A stretch of DNA of 46,446 bases from Nitrospira sp. GTDB lineage: Bacteria; Pseudomonadota; Gammaproteobacteria; Acidiferrobacterales; SPGG2. Positions 45,451 through 46,446 of the stretch are shown here, in pieces; positions within the stretch are counted from its first letter, which is position 1, and the number at the start of each line of letters is the position of its first letter. Under the pieces are notes generated by a model. It was not told where the DNA came from, did not search any database, and saw nothing but the letters and a program-made list of their open reading frames with translations. Where the stretch lies: positions 1 through 46,446 of the forward strand of contig VRUB01000003.1 in the NCBI GenBank assembly GCA_019456345.1. Direction: 5' to 3'. The translations under genes and the position numbers were made by a program.

Positions 45451-46263
45451 ATGCCTTACCTGACCGTAGGAAAGCAGCGTCTCGAGTATGAATGGATCGG
45501 CCCGGGACCCGCTGAGTCACCAACCTTGGTGTTTCTGCACGAAGGGCTCGGGTGCCTTGGCATGTGGAAAGACTTTCCACCACAGCTGGCGGCGCACACC
45601 GGTTGCGGTGCGTTCATCTACAGCCGTAGCGGTTATGGCGATTCGACGCCTTTGGCACGCCCGCGCACCTCGCGATATCTTCATGACGAAGCATTGACCG
45701 TGCTTCCGGCAGTTCTGCAGGCGATGGAAATCAGCCAGCCTATCCTCATCGGCCACAGTGACGGCGCCTCACTCGCGCTCATCTACGCCGGTAGCGACAC
45801 ATCCGCGGCACGCGGGCTGATTCTTGAAGCCCCTCATGTCTTCGTTGCGGACGTAACGCTTGACGGGATCCGGCGCGCCGGCGAGACCTACCGCAGCACC
45901 GATCTCGCGCAAAAGCTTGCGCGTTTCCATGGTGATCAGACGAATGCGGTTTTCTGGGGCTGGTACGACACTTGGCTAAGCCCCGAGTTTCGCGACTGGA
46001 ACATCGCGGAATACCTGCCACAGATCAAATGCCCAGTCATGATTATCCAGGGAGAGGGTGACGAATATGGTACGAAAAAACAGGTCGACGCGATTACCTC
46101 GCAGATCGCTGGGCCGGTCGAGGTGGTGATGCTGTCCGATTGCGGCCACACGCCGCACCGCGACCAGCGCGAGCAAACGACGTGGGCCGCAGTGCCGTTC
46201 ATCAAGCGTGTGGTGAGCGCTGCGATGAAAGCTGCAGGCGGTGCCGGTGCTTCGGGCGCTTGA
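45451..46263 (+). CDS. Alpha/beta hydrolase
   Basis: LHEGLG oxyanion motif, GHSDG nucleophile elbow, QGEGDEYG, CGHTPH. Confidence 0.92.
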   Translation: MPYLTVGKQRLEYEWIGPGPAESPTLVFLHEGLGCLGMWKDFPPQLAAHTGCGAFIYSRSGYGDSTPLARPRTSRYLHDEALTVLPAVLQAMEISQPILIGHSDGASLALIYAGSDTSAARGLILEAPHVFVADVTLDGIRRAGETYRSTDLAQKLARFHGDQTNAVFWGWYDTWLSPEFRDWNIAEYLPQIKCPVMIIQGEGDEYGTKKQVDAITSQIAGPVEVVMLSDCGHTPHRDQREQTTWAAVPFIKRVVSAAMKAAGGAGASGA

Positions 46264-46291
46264 GAACCCACCACCAAGTGTTGCTGCTGCA

Positions 46292-46446
46292 CTACTTGCG
46301 ACGGGGCTGCTTGCGCCTCGAAGGGTATTGTGAACGGTGTTCCAGTTCCCGCATCCATTGCTTGTGCTCGGACCAGCTCCCGCCACGGGGATGCTTCTTG
46401 ATGACCTTTAACACGGTGTGGTGCTCGCGGGCACTGCGTTCCAACA
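46292..46446 (-). CDS. Possible 3' end of a gene entering from beyond the window
   Basis: Open minus-strand frame LERSAREHHTVLKVIKK...RRKQPRRK ending in TAG at 46292-46294, convergent on the hydrolase. Confidence 0.35.
   Translation of the reverse strand, partial: LERSAREHHTVLKVIKKHPRGGSWSEHKQWMRELEHRSQYPSRRKQPRRK

Overview
GC-rich bacterial chromosome segment, probably from a gammaproteobacterium (orn-queG-nnr-tsaE-amiB synteny), with about 45 genes and no rRNA, tRNA, CRISPR array or transposase that I can see. It has four blocks. (1) 0.3-10.4 kb: housekeeping genes phhB, orn, queG, nnr, tsaE and amiB, with a four-lipoprotein operon (LPP20, LpoB, COG3014-like, LPP20) between orn and queG. 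(2) 10.8-35.7 kb: an organic-acid/CoA catabolic region. It has four acyl-CoA ligases, a Liv-type ABC importer, metY and a TetR with a palindromic operator. It also has a split B12-dependent acyl-CoA mutase with the Leu/Asn pivalyl-CoA-mutase-type signature, a putative cobalamin-handling trio, and a complete levulinate-type lvaD-C-A-B-E gene set. (3) 36.0-44.5 kb: an eight-gene TPR/ExbB/ExbD/ExbD/TonB cluster resembling the Agl-Glt core machinery. (4) comB-like phosphatase and an alpha/beta hydrolase. The intergenic DNA is unusually structured. It holds dispersed degenerate heptamer arrays (often four units, often in inverted pairs), a CTAG-flanked MITE, REP-like hairpins, a 236-bp element with terminal inverted repeats, and an orphan ~200-nt structured RNA-like element. 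All functional calls come from motif recognition; no database searches were run.
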